From Raillietiella orientalis (lineage: Eukaryota), in NCBI GenBank assembly GCA_036172245.1, contig JAYWIR010000015.1, forward strand, positions 2,852,001-2,916,000: 64,000 nucleotides of DNA, given 5' to 3'. How positions within the stretch are numbered: position 1 is the stretch's first letter; every line of letters begins with the position of its first letter. Below are positions 52,701 through 64,000 of the stretch, piece after piece. The notes beneath the pieces were generated by a model. The model had not been told where the DNA came from and searched no databases. It saw nothing but the letters and a program-made list of their open reading frames with translations. The position numbers and the translations under genes were made by a program.

Positions 52701-55649
52701 CTGTGCAGCTTAGGCTTCAGCAGGGCAAGGTTCTGGATGTCCGCAAGGAAGCCCTTCCTTTTAAGCCAAAAAAAAAAAAATTGGGGAAAGCAAGAGTAGA
52801 ATAAGGAGAATAGAGAGCTGATTTCACAGTATCGATGACGGGGTCCCTTCCTCCATTCCGCAGAGTCGAACACAAACGTGTTTTCGCCACGAACACGTAA
52901 ATCTGGTCACAGCGGGCAGACAGGGTGTTGTTGACCTTGAACTCGAATCCATCATCGTTGCGTTGCTACTGAACGCAGGCTCGCCAGCCTGCGAGAAAAT
53001 CGCAGGTACGGCTTTTGGAGGATGCGGTGAATGAAAGGCACTTTGCTCGTCATGAAACGTTCGCGGGATGAGAGAAGCAAAAAGAAATGCTGGGAACACT
53101 GACACGGCTTCAAGCCGTTTGGATCGAACAACTCCTGCCGGTGCAAAAATGGATTCCGGTCTTTGAAAACAAGAAGCCGCGTGTCGAGTCAGCTCCCAAC
53201 AGCAGGCGAGTGACATTGCAACAAGGAAAAAGTCATGCGAAAAACAAAAGGATAAATAAATAAAAACACTGTCGGAAAGGATGTTTTTCTTTGTGCGATG
53301 ATGACTTCAAGTGTTCAGCGCGCGCTAAAACTTCATGTAAACAGCAAACCCATGCCACTTACGGTGCTGCACCACACTGCCTTCTTTCTGAGCAAGGCGA
53401 GTGTATCGTCAAGAATCCAATTTCGGCAAAGATATCTTGAACGATGCTTGCGTTTCCTCGAGGTAATTAAGGTCCTTGTTATAAGATATTCAGATTGTCT
53501 TCACGAAACTGAAGGAACAGCGGTTTTGCTTGTTCGACTTCCAGAGCGCGTATTACTCATTGTGGAACTTCAACTAATGGTGCAAGCTGCATGCTGGAAT
53601 CAACGCAGCATCCCATGCACACGCGATTGGAAGTTAGTCATTGAAAGTAACGGCTGGACCACTGAAGGAGAACGGAATTCAGATGAGAAAGGCACAATCG
53701 AAAACAAGCGAGTTCTTTGTGAAAGACACGAAGAAGCATGGAAAAGGTACATTCGCCTACTGTGCACCTGCTGAGGATGACCAGTCCAGTCCAAGGAAAA
53801 GAAGGAAGGAACAAGCAAGGAACAAGAAAAATGCAAATGCTCGCTCTGATGATTAGAAAAGAAGTGCCAACCTGCAACTGCATGGTTATCTGAAGGATTG
53901 ATTGCCTTGGGATTGAAGGGACGACGCGTCGGTTGCTAGTGGAAGAGGGATGTTGCATATTTGGGAGGCAACGATCTGAAATGCAAATGGAGACTTCACA
54001 CGTTCAAGTCTGATGGAATGCTGTTGGCAACACGGGCAGTGCTTTTGACGAAGCAGAGAGAAATATTCAAGAGGAAAGTGTTGAAAGGAAATCGAAACTA
54101 AGATGACAAAGCACGCATTCGCACGCCATGATCGTCTTCAAATAGAATCGTGTTTATGTTTCGTATTCAAAGTTCCAAGCTGATACCTTGAATGGTAATT
54201 ATCAGTGCAATAAAAAATGATATCAGACATGGCATCATCTGCCAAGAAAATGCTTTTCCACTGCAATTGAGGAGTGAATTTGAATAAAGGTTGCAAATAT
54301 GATCCTCCCCAATTCAATAAATGCTATGATATAAAACTACGATTTCTCCTTCAAGCGGTGTCCTAGTTGTTATCTAAAGTCTTTCGGATAATCAAAACAG
54401 CTTTAATCTCACAGTTTCTATCACTCGCAGGCTGTTTTTTCCACCGCAAGTACGTAACTAAGTTGCTCCTCGTCGAAGTATGTTGTACCTAAATTATTAT
54501 CAGGGAGACCCTGACTCTCTCCAACTGTTTTTCAAGCCAGAGGGGGTCGAGTAATTGGAGACGCACATCGGGATATTCCCAAGCATTCTTCACTTGCATT
54601 CTGCAACACGCTTCCGTAAAACATTGTACATCTTGGGTACCACGGATTTATTCTTTACACACGCTATGAATTTGCGGATTTTGCTATGCTGTTGCCCGTT
54701 GGTAGGCTCCGTGTGGCATACAACGGCTCCCGGGACTCCGTCGTGTTGCCATCTTTTGGCGGCAAGGGTAGCCTACAGGGCACGGCGTGGTATCCTGGCA
54801 GCCATTTTCTGTCTGCGCTGATGAGTAACTAATCCATTAGTAAGAAACGTTAGCTGAGTTTTTCGGAGCAGGCGTCAAACAGCACTTTTGTTGGAAAAAA
54901 AAAAAAGGTCACACTTTGCACGAAACGCGATTGATAATCCGCGTTTTCGGCATGTATTTTTTTTTTTTACTTGATACGGGTTGAAGCCGAATGACGAGTG
55001 TGAGGTGTGGGGGTACCACATTCATTTGCACCGAGAGGGCTTTTCGAAGGGTCTGCAGGTTTTTCGGAAAGGATTACAATTTTCTTCACACATTTCATGA
55101 ATATTTTCAAAATGGAATTCCGAAGCAAGAAATAGCTATAATAATAATAATAATATATAGTTCCATGTTTTCAATCAAACAAAGAAGCTGTTGACAATAT
55201 AAATTTAAAAATCCAAATACTTTTGATCTCTTAAGACTGAAGGTTTGGAGCGTCTTTCGGGGGATTTATTTAGAATCTGTTTGAAGTTCTAACTAATGAA
55301 AAAAATTGGCCCCAAAGATTTTTTGATAGAGTGAGCTTCATCAAAATCGTGATTGAGGAGTTTGATGCTTGAAAACAGTTTTGAACATTCAGAGTCCACG
55401 TAAAGAAGTTGAAAAATTTCTCTAGGATGGTACTGCAGAATTTATGTGACTGATACGTCAGGACTGAAATACGATGCGGAACTGTAACTGAAATAATCAA
55501 AACTCTCGTGATCTGGAGCAAGAACTTAATATTGTAATGAACGCTCTCCTGTCAATTTGCAAACAAATGCAACAGAATTACGTGGTGCGGATTCTTGGTT
55601 CCTTCTGCTTTTCTTTGCGTACTATATCGAATACAACTAGCTATTTGTT

Positions 55650-56012
55650 TCTCGCCTGGGTGCGCCGGGGCGTTTATTCCTAAACTATCCAGGAACAGAG
55701 TTCCCGGACAAAGGACACAGAAGAAACGAAGGGGGGGTCCCCGACACGCAGGTCGGTAAACCGAAAGTCCGGAACGGGAGGGAGGGGACCACAAATACAC
55801 ATATAAAAAATAGAAATAAAGATATGGGGAGGGTAGGGGACAGGGGTCTTTGGTTTGACCGTTCCTTTCCTTCAGAACCGGCTATGGATGCCGGTGATCT
55901 CTCTCCTCACGCTCTCTGGTAGATGGGCCCACTCGGCAGCCGACGTCATGTTCTCGCCGGCTATTCCGGTGGCCTGACGACGAATCGCCAGCTTCTATAC
56001 TAGCTTCTATCT
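55650..56012 (-). mobile_element. Short 5'-truncated L1/Tx1-like insertion with a perfect 14-bp TSD
   Basis: ACTAGCTATTTGTT at 55636-55649 and 56013-56026. Encodes SAAEWAHL...REITGI, homologous to the 7750-9634 and 19156-20077 copies. T-rich UTR, hairpin, and AATAAA at 55678-55673. Confidence 0.82.
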
Positions 56013-59000
56013 ACTAGCTATTTGTTGGTGCAACTACAAGCACCGATTTACGTAAGTGTTCTTGCATTATCCAAGTGGGGTCAGAAGCAAAAATGTACAA
56101 CAGCTACTGCTTTCAAGTGTTAATCGAGAAACCTGATCAAATTATAATGTTTCTATTTGTTCCTTCATATCAAGAATATTTCTTGATTCATCTAAAATTT
56201 CCTTCAAAGGTAGTAGATCATGATCAGTTGATCAGAAACGTGTGCAAAACCGTTTTTCTTTTTTTTTAGAATTACGGTTCAAAATTAATTTGGCACAACT
56301 GTTCCCGAGTTTTCAAATCATCCTCAAGAAATGAAATTTGCTCAGTTTAACCTAAACTCCACAGATTTGAGAACGTTTCTAACGATAACCGGACTTTAAA
56401 GTGGATCTCAAATGCTTTCTAATGAATCGAAAGCCCTACCCCAATTATTGCTTTGTTTTTTGTTTCAGCAACTATTGAATCACAATGAGCTCAGGATCAG
56501 ACGCCATTTCCCCACGAACTTTTTCCAGATCTCTGTGATTCCAGTGTGGTTTCCGGTCCCCAGAATGTGGACTCGGTTCTCTTTCAGCCGTGGTCCATCT
56601 GGGTGCGGTCTTCTAAGTCTTCTCTCTCTGGAAAAAAACGTCAACGCACGTTGGAGGCGGCGGTACTGGCAGACGGCATTCTTACGAAATGCTCCTTTCG
56701 GCAACAGGAAAGCACAGATTAAAGGTAATTACTTGTACGCTTAAAAGGCAAAACTTCAACCGATTCATTCAATTATCTTCGAGATGCGTTGTTAGTGCCC
56801 ATCCCTTCTTCGTGGGCTTAATGTAACGTGCAAAAAAAAAAAAAAAAAAACAGAAATGAATACAATGTAGACAAAGAGAACGGTTGACAACTCGTTGGAT
56901 TGAGTTTTTTTTTTCCCCCTTCTCTCTCTTTCCAATAGTTTCTTTCTTTTTTAGAGACGTGCCAGTTATCAATACGGCGACGTGCCTAAGCCTTACTTTT
57001 CGAAGAAGCTCTTTGGTGAACGAATCAAAAAGGCGGCATTGGCGCCTGTGTACCAAGTGCAGCTTTCCGTACTTTACTAATCGTTTATGATCATTGGTCT
57101 TTTGACCGATATTTGTGTACATGCTTTGAGGTACATCTTCATTAAAATTCTGACACACGATTAAACTTAATGGTAGAATTCAGTTTGGAGGTTCTTTTTC
57201 CCAAATCAGAAGAGCTCAACTCTTGCAGAGGAAAGTGGAAAATGGAAAGTGGAAGGCATGGATTGCTCATTTTTCCACATTTGAAAAATAATCTGTCCCG
57301 TATACGAGTAATCACAGAAATTAAATCTATTAAGAGATGATGCGTTCATTTTATAAGTTGCTTCGTAAATTCCAGGAATTTCCTTTCTCTAGATTTCGTC
57401 TACTTGTTGTGACCATAAAGGTGGACCAAAGATTTTTCCTGTGTAGGGAAAGACCAAAATTCATGAACGAGGGCAGATTTCAAGGATCCGAAAGCCCAGG
57501 GGTTCACGAATCCGTTTCCTTGGGGGGATCCTGAAGGAAGAAAAGAAACACTGTCAGAGTGAAACCTCAATGGAGTATCTGAAGTTCGACCAAGAAGAAA
57601 TCCGCATGAGCAGCTGGAGGAAATACGGTCTCAGTGAATAAATCAGAGGGAGTGACAGTTTTGCCTTCGGCTCCTCTTTTAGCATGGTTTTGCTACATAG
57701 AAGTCAGCACACTTTTCGTGATTCAGTGAATTACCACGGGAAGTCGAAGCAGCCGACACCACAGAAAGTCGTTTTCGCCATTCTGCTTCGGAAGCGCAAT
57801 TGACTGCTCATCAAGATTCAGCGATTTTCGAAGAGCAGCCTTGTTCCCTGCAGGGTCCAAGGAAGGCCTCTCTAGTGAACTGGAAGGAGAAGAAGAAAAG
57901 ATGGCGTTGCGGAAACGCAGGGCAAGATGGATGGAAAATAAAATGGAATGGAGAAATAGGGATGCTCGGTAAGCAGTCTGAATTCCAGGTCGCCTACCTT
58001 GTCAAAGGAAGTGGGAATATTCCATTTTATGTATGGCTGTTTATTATTCAGTGAGTGCTTCTTCTTTTTTTTGTTTTCTTAATTGCCCAAAGCCAAGGGC
58101 CGCGAAAGGACGGCATTGAGCGATGGAGCGACAAAAAATCACCGAACTTATTTTAATGTAATATGATATCGTTGTAAAGCATTAATGCATACTAAGTTTA
58201 TCACTAGAGTCTCGTCATTCATTCTTAATTCGTTTTCGAAAACCTTTTCCGACTTTAGCAAGTATACATTGTATTTGAGGATTTTCGTACCACAATATGG
58301 TTACATTTCAATTTCTTGTTACATTTATGTATCAAAGTGTTATCTTTTAAATCCATTTCTCCTGTATCCCTCCCGAGAAATTGCTTAGAGCCGCTGTCTC
58401 TATTTTGTGGGTCCTTCAGCCTTACGTGACCCACAGTTCACAAGACACAACTTTCACATTTGACCGTAAGCTCAACATTGCCTTCTTTGATTTGGAAGTC
58501 CTGAAGAAATCACACCCTTTCCTGGGGCATCTAGAATGCAGAACACAGAGTTTAGAAAAGTTTGAAGACGTGCAGTTTTGGCTATCAGTTCCAGTACCTG
58601 GAACAAATGCTATCTTCACGTCACGAACAGCTATTATGCACATGAGAGCGATAGACAAAGTCGACCAATACTCACACTTGTTTAGGATTCTTTCCCCACC
58701 TCGGAGTCTCCAGTATTCTCCGTGTACAGGTTTCTAGAGCAGTGCAATTCGAAGCTTACCTGATTTAAGGTACATTGAACCAAGCTGGTACGATGCTGCT
58801 TGGAGCTTGCAATGCTTAACAGCGGTGGACGCGTTGCAATGGAGTGCTTTTCATGCATCGAATGTAATTTTTGCGAGTCCTCATGGAAGTCGCTATTTGA
58901 GATCTGATGGGACACCTACATTCTGGTGCTGCAATGTGATAGAGGGAAGACTTTTCAGAGGTTTGCTATTGCACCGATCCTTCTTGAAGGCATTCTTCCT

Positions 59001-61819
59001 GTGCATCTTGGTCACTTTCATTATAAGGTACCCATCTAAGTATCTCAGGGAATTATGATACGTTAGTTTAGGTACCCTGGCACGAATGGGTCGCCTTATC
59101 AATCACTAGGGGGTGGCTTGCAGTACACTTTCCGGTGCTCGACGCACTCCATTATAACCGTTGTCATGCTGTCAAAAAAAAAAATCATCCCTTTGTTTTC
59201 TCCGTGCAGTAGCCGCATGATAGTTGTAGAAAGCGAGGATCTCAAGAGATGCATTTCACTCTCGAGCATACCTCGGAAACACCTCGGAAGTGGAAACGTT
59301 GTTCCGGCCGAAAGTAGCCGAATCCCTACACACACGTCTTTGGTTCCCCAGTGCAAACTGTCTGGACACCAAAGGCGATCATCACTTTCCTGGAAACAGA
59401 GTTTAGTGAGCATCCGATCCTAAATGTCATTGGCGCCTTCGACGTTTCGTGTTGAACCCATGTAGCCCCTTCAGTAGGATATTGCATGTCTATAGGAGAA
59501 ATAGGATATTCTTCCACGGGACGTTGTTTGGATCTGAAGTGCGAGAAAAACAAAAAGAAACAAAGGTTGTTTGCACGAGGGTTAGATCTTTTAGGGTATT
59601 TCCATTCCTTGAGCCAAAACCTCTGGATATTGAACAGGGCAATGAATTCACTTGAATAAAACGAAGTAGCACACGTTCTAAAAATGAAGGCCACAGGGCC
59701 CAGGCAACTGATGCACTGGCATGGAGGGTAAATGGGAGCATCACTCGTTTCCGAGTTTTCGAGGTTCCCAAGGAATTCAAAACGAAGTGCTTGCAGTGTG
59801 CTCAATCCTTTCGAATTATTTTTTTTTTTCTTCCTTCCTGCTGATATTCGTGCTTCCTAGTGGGGCCAGGCATACTTCCGTCTACCAAAGCAACCACTCT
59901 GCCTTCATTGAATTGGCCACAGAATGTTGCTGCTGATCAATTCCATTGGAATCATTCACTTCATTAATCCTCAAACATTGGGGCGGCAATTTTTAGGATT
60001 AAGGATTGAGGTGGATGTTCATAAACGATTGCCTCGAGAGATGGAAACTGAGCAAAAATTGGATTCAACTTTGTTTTTGGAAAATTGCCACTATGAATTC
60101 CGTGCTCTTCTCAAAATGCAATTTAGAGATCAATGACTGAGTCAGTTACACCTCCTTGGGCTTCTTAAAATATCCATGGTTAGTAGTCTGTGACAGCTGT
60201 ACTGTCTGCAACCAACCAATTCAAGTCCATTTCAAAAGGGAAAAATACAGACAAACGGATACAATATACAATAAATTTATGGATTGCGTACACCCCACTT
60301 TCTGAATTTGATACAACATATCCACGTGATTCCCGATGCTCTGCATGGTCAGAGCACCCCCCCCAAAAAAAAAAAATTTGCCGAATCGCTTCAGTTTTTG
60401 GTGTATTCCGTTCAGTATTTCAAAAGGTGTGCAAGAACGGCAGGAGAAAATGATCCGGAAACGGGAAACTTTGTGAAGACGGAACTGAAGCCACGTTTTA
60501 ATTCCTCACATACAGAATTCTAGTGGCTACTTCGGGTCACTTGGGAATGGAAGTTTTCCTTTGAATGAATACACTGAGAACACGGCAAGGAAGACGACGG
60601 GCTGTGGTTCGTCCTTTACATCAATGCAATAAATACTCTTTCATAGCAGTTCAATTCAGTTTGCTGCCTTTGCAGCTAGGTAAACGAATTCCTTTCGCTT
60701 TTCTGCATGAATGCTAGGGGAAAAAAAAAACAAAAAAAAAAAACAAGTTACATTCATATGTTCGGCATCAGCTCGTTTTGCCCAAAAGTCTCTCTTCAAT
60801 GCAACACATTCAGCTAATCAATAGCATTCAAAGTCATGGGGTTACTTGAAAGTGCATTAAGGAACCCCCAATAGTTTTGGCTGCCTAGAATGCGAACGGA
60901 AGTAAATGTGAGAGGAAACATTCCTTTTCCACTTTGCTGCCGCATATATTTTGCATTAATCGATGGAATATGAGTCGCTGATCCGTCCTACTGTTTCCAC
61001 AGATTGTTCAACCGTTTCACAAGGGTGCGAGCTGCTCATGTCCACACACACTGTGCCCGAAAACACTTGGAAAGTGTTTCGAGATTGGTTGGCCCTTCTG
61101 AATGGCTGATCCGCATCCGGCTTTTCTTCCACACCGGGGTTACAATTTCCTTCTGCATACAATGCTAATGAAAGACCGATTCTTAGTTCACCACCCTTAC
61201 ATCAGTTGAAATGGAGACGAATCATGTCCTGAGGTTGGTGATCGTATCTCCTGAACTGGTAACACTGAACGAGGCGACCTAGCCTCAAACGCACGACCTG
61301 GTGTGGAGCGAGGAAAAATTCGATTCCTTAGATTGCTTTGCAATACTGATTTCTTTTTCTTTTTTCTTTTTTTTTTTTTTAAAAAAAAAAAACTGGAAAT
61401 GCCCAAGACATTATTTAAAAAAACTTAAGCACATTTTTGTGCGAAATCTATGCAATTCTTGTGATGAAAGTGAATGCTTGCAATAGGAGATTAATGATGT
61501 GCCGAAATAAGAGCTTTCATTTCAACGCACATTATTGCTACTTGGATTAATGGAAAGATCCAGATGCAAATTAAGGAGGGAGGGGAACCAGGGGAAGAAA
61601 CTAGAGAAACATCTCCTATCATAAACGGCATGCTCAGTTCTTCAATTTTATGTCTTCAGCAGTCGCACGGCTGGTTACACTTGTCATCCTTGGGTTTAAT
61701 TTTAAACATGCCTTCCTCCAGGAGGATCCGGTGTTGCAGTGCGTTTTCCTTTTTCTTTACTTTCTTGAATGGAAAGAGATGCTGCCTCGCGGTTTTGCGT
61801 CACCAAATCTCTGGCGAAC

Positions 61820-62850
61820 GGGCTGTCAGAAACGCTGAGGTCTTGCAAAAAGGCCCACTTTTCAATCGAGTTGCCCACAACAGCGCTTCCGGAGAAGCTC
61901 AGGGGCACCAGCGCAAACCTTTTCATCCCAGTCATCATCAAAACGTGCCAACTTGGCGGCTCGTCCGATGGAAATAGGAAGCAGAGTCGAAAACGCCTTT
62001 TTTTTTCCTTTTTTTTCCGCAGTTGAAGAAGGTGGAAGTCGATTATTCATCCGTTTTGCAATCAAAAATCGATCTTTATGTGTTGGAGACGAAACATGTG
62101 TTCTGTATAACAGATGAACGCAGGGGAAGAAGGGAAGTGCGTTTTCTAAAATAGAAATTTCACAACTCGGATCCTTGATTAATACGAGTGTGATTTTTTT
62201 TTTTTTTTTTAAAAAAAAAAAACAAAAACACACACCGACGTACTTATTCGATTCGTCATTCAATGAAGTACACTGGAAGTCAATTTGTACATAAATTTTC
62301 AGAATTTCAAACTATAGGTTATTAGTCTCCTAAGACTCGGATCGAATAACTCTTGGGTTAACGTGTTAGCTGGAATGTAATACATCAGGAGAGCGAAACG
62401 GCAGCGAATTGATGGAAAACAAATCTCCACTTGGCAGAATCCTGCGGCCTGTCGTCGGAAGTCGAACGAAACCAAAAGCCTTCCTGCCAGACGGCGCGGA
62501 AAAACAAAATGGCGCGGGCGAATTCCGATGCGGATGGCGACGGCGTTGCGCCCAGCGCGGAACATTCCCAGACTGCGATTCGAGCAACCGAAAGCAGGCA
62601 GAGAGAGGCGACACTTTGAACTGCCTGCCCAGATGTGTACGTGTCGCGCGTTCGCGCGTGTTTTTTCCTTCTCCTGTGGAACGCTGTTTGTTCGCGGAGG
62701 ATCCAAGAGCTCTTCGAAACGGAATTCAGACCTTCGTAAAGTGGCCACTGCGCTTGGCTCCAAACAAGGAAGTTCTCAAGTGTTCGAGGAAACATCCAGC
62801 CCCGACGATTTGCAACGTTTGCCAATTCGAATCAAAGAATTAGGTAAAGT
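61820..62850 (-). mobile_element. Degenerate non-LTR RT (CR1/L2/Jockey-like)
   Basis: KSSGLD (~62800), ANARHV (NYRPI), FRAGR, LLVSFDFRR (~62460), ARFDDD (~61940), and IEKW...LSVS. Confidence 0.55.
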
Positions 62851-63229
62851 TGCAAGTCGTCGGGTGCAGGTGGTCAACAGAAAACCACTTTAAGAACCAG
62901 ATCTTGGTCTTTAACCTTCTCTCCCGCACAGGCCGAGCTTCCTTTAAGGCCCTCTGGTTTCTAATTACTGATTTCTGTCCGCCGTTTCGTAGGTGAGTGC
63001 CTACCGAATCGAAAGCATTGGTTGGCTTTCCGTGTCGGTGTTTCCAGTGGAACCGGACTTTCTATAAATCCTGAACGAAAGGGTTTTCGAATTCAAACTG
63101 CCTTCTCGGTCTTTGATCGCGTGCTTCTTAGTCTAGGATGATGGAAATACTTCTTGCTGTCTTCGCAGTTCTTCGACACGGTTTCACGCCACCCGAGGGT
63201 GGGTGATTCTTCAAGATAGGGGGGGCACC

Positions 63230-63730
63230 CCGGGGGAGGCCCGCCCTGGGAATCCAGGAAGGGCTCGGAGTCCGTTCCGCTCACGCCGAGGAAAGGATCC
63301 CCCTGGCAAGGGGGGGGGGGGGGATCAGACCTCCATCCTGGTTGTCTCCGAAGGGGAACCCTGAAGGGAATCAATCTCCTTCCTTATTCTTTCCGGAGGA
63401 CCCCCGGGGGGATCCACTCCATTCTTTCTTCTCTGAAGTCGGAAGAGAAGCTCATTCTGGCGTTCAGACACTTTCTGAAATCAGCTCAATGTACGATCAC
63501 CATCAACGCAAGAGCTGTTCCCTCGTGCATACACATTTGTGAAGCAGCTCGCAATGGACGCATTCACCTGGCGAATAAGGAGAGGTGGACACTCCTTTAT
63601 TGCGATAGCATGTCCCCGAGGCGTGATCCAGTGAGCAACACCAAGTTCTGGCGATGGCTTTTATGGTCCAGGTTCGAGGGAACAGCTTGACGCCGGACGG
63701 TAATACCGGTGTTTCGAACCCGCAGGCTGT
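63230..63730 (-). mobile_element. Degenerate L1/Tx1-like ORF1 C-terminal part
   Basis: VLPSGVKL...ARTWCCSLDHASGTC...ECVHCELLHKC (two knuckles), followed by the ~42-bp repeat region homologous to 5327-5600. Confidence 0.5.
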
Positions 63731-64000
63731 GCAAGGAACGAGAGCTTTTCCCAGCACTCTCAACTCTCAACCGAAGAGCGAATATCATCAGTACTTACTT
63801 CTTGATTCCTATTAAATTCACCCGTTCTTGGTGAAGAGGGCGGAACACCCACATAACAGCAGGCGGGGAAGGGGTGGCGCCTTCGTACTTTGCGCTGCGT
63901 TTCGTCACGGAATTCCTCTCGTACGCATGATGGAAGATGTGAATGGGTCTTTGATCCGATCCCTGTGGACCGAACAAACAAATGCAAGGCAAGAAGTGTT

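Noticed and set aside
63690..63770. B-box-like GGTTCGAAAC on the minus strand
   Set aside because: No cloverleaf or A-box; not a tRNA.

Overview
Eukaryotic nuclear DNA from an arthropod, plausibly a crustacean. The basis is a Tramtrack/Broad-type BTB domain, an arthropod-type CTCF N-terminus and GT-AG introns mostly 45-57 nt long. Only three intact protein-coding genes are supported: a BTB + 2xC2H2 zinc-finger gene (27089-28033, +), a complete 7-exon CTCF gene (30960-28097, -) whose stop codon lies 63 nt from the BTB stop, and a Mnk/Lk6 kinase (45001-43303, -). These genes sit in AT-rich, CpG-poor islands. Most of the remaining GC/CpG-rich sequence, including nearly all other ORF-track entries, reads as decayed, nested non-LTR retrotransposons. 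These are mainly L1/Tx1-like (ORF1 zinc knuckles, APE, RT, C-terminal CCHC), with some CR1/L2/Jockey-like RT. One family appears as three homologous 3' ends; two have target-site duplications, and all three share a covarying 3'UTR stem-loop and lack a poly(A) tail. A recent ~265-bp inverted duplication lies just upstream of Mnk. No tRNA, rRNA, snRNA or CRISPR array was found. TE calls come from by-eye motif recognition across frameshifts and need confirmation by alignment.
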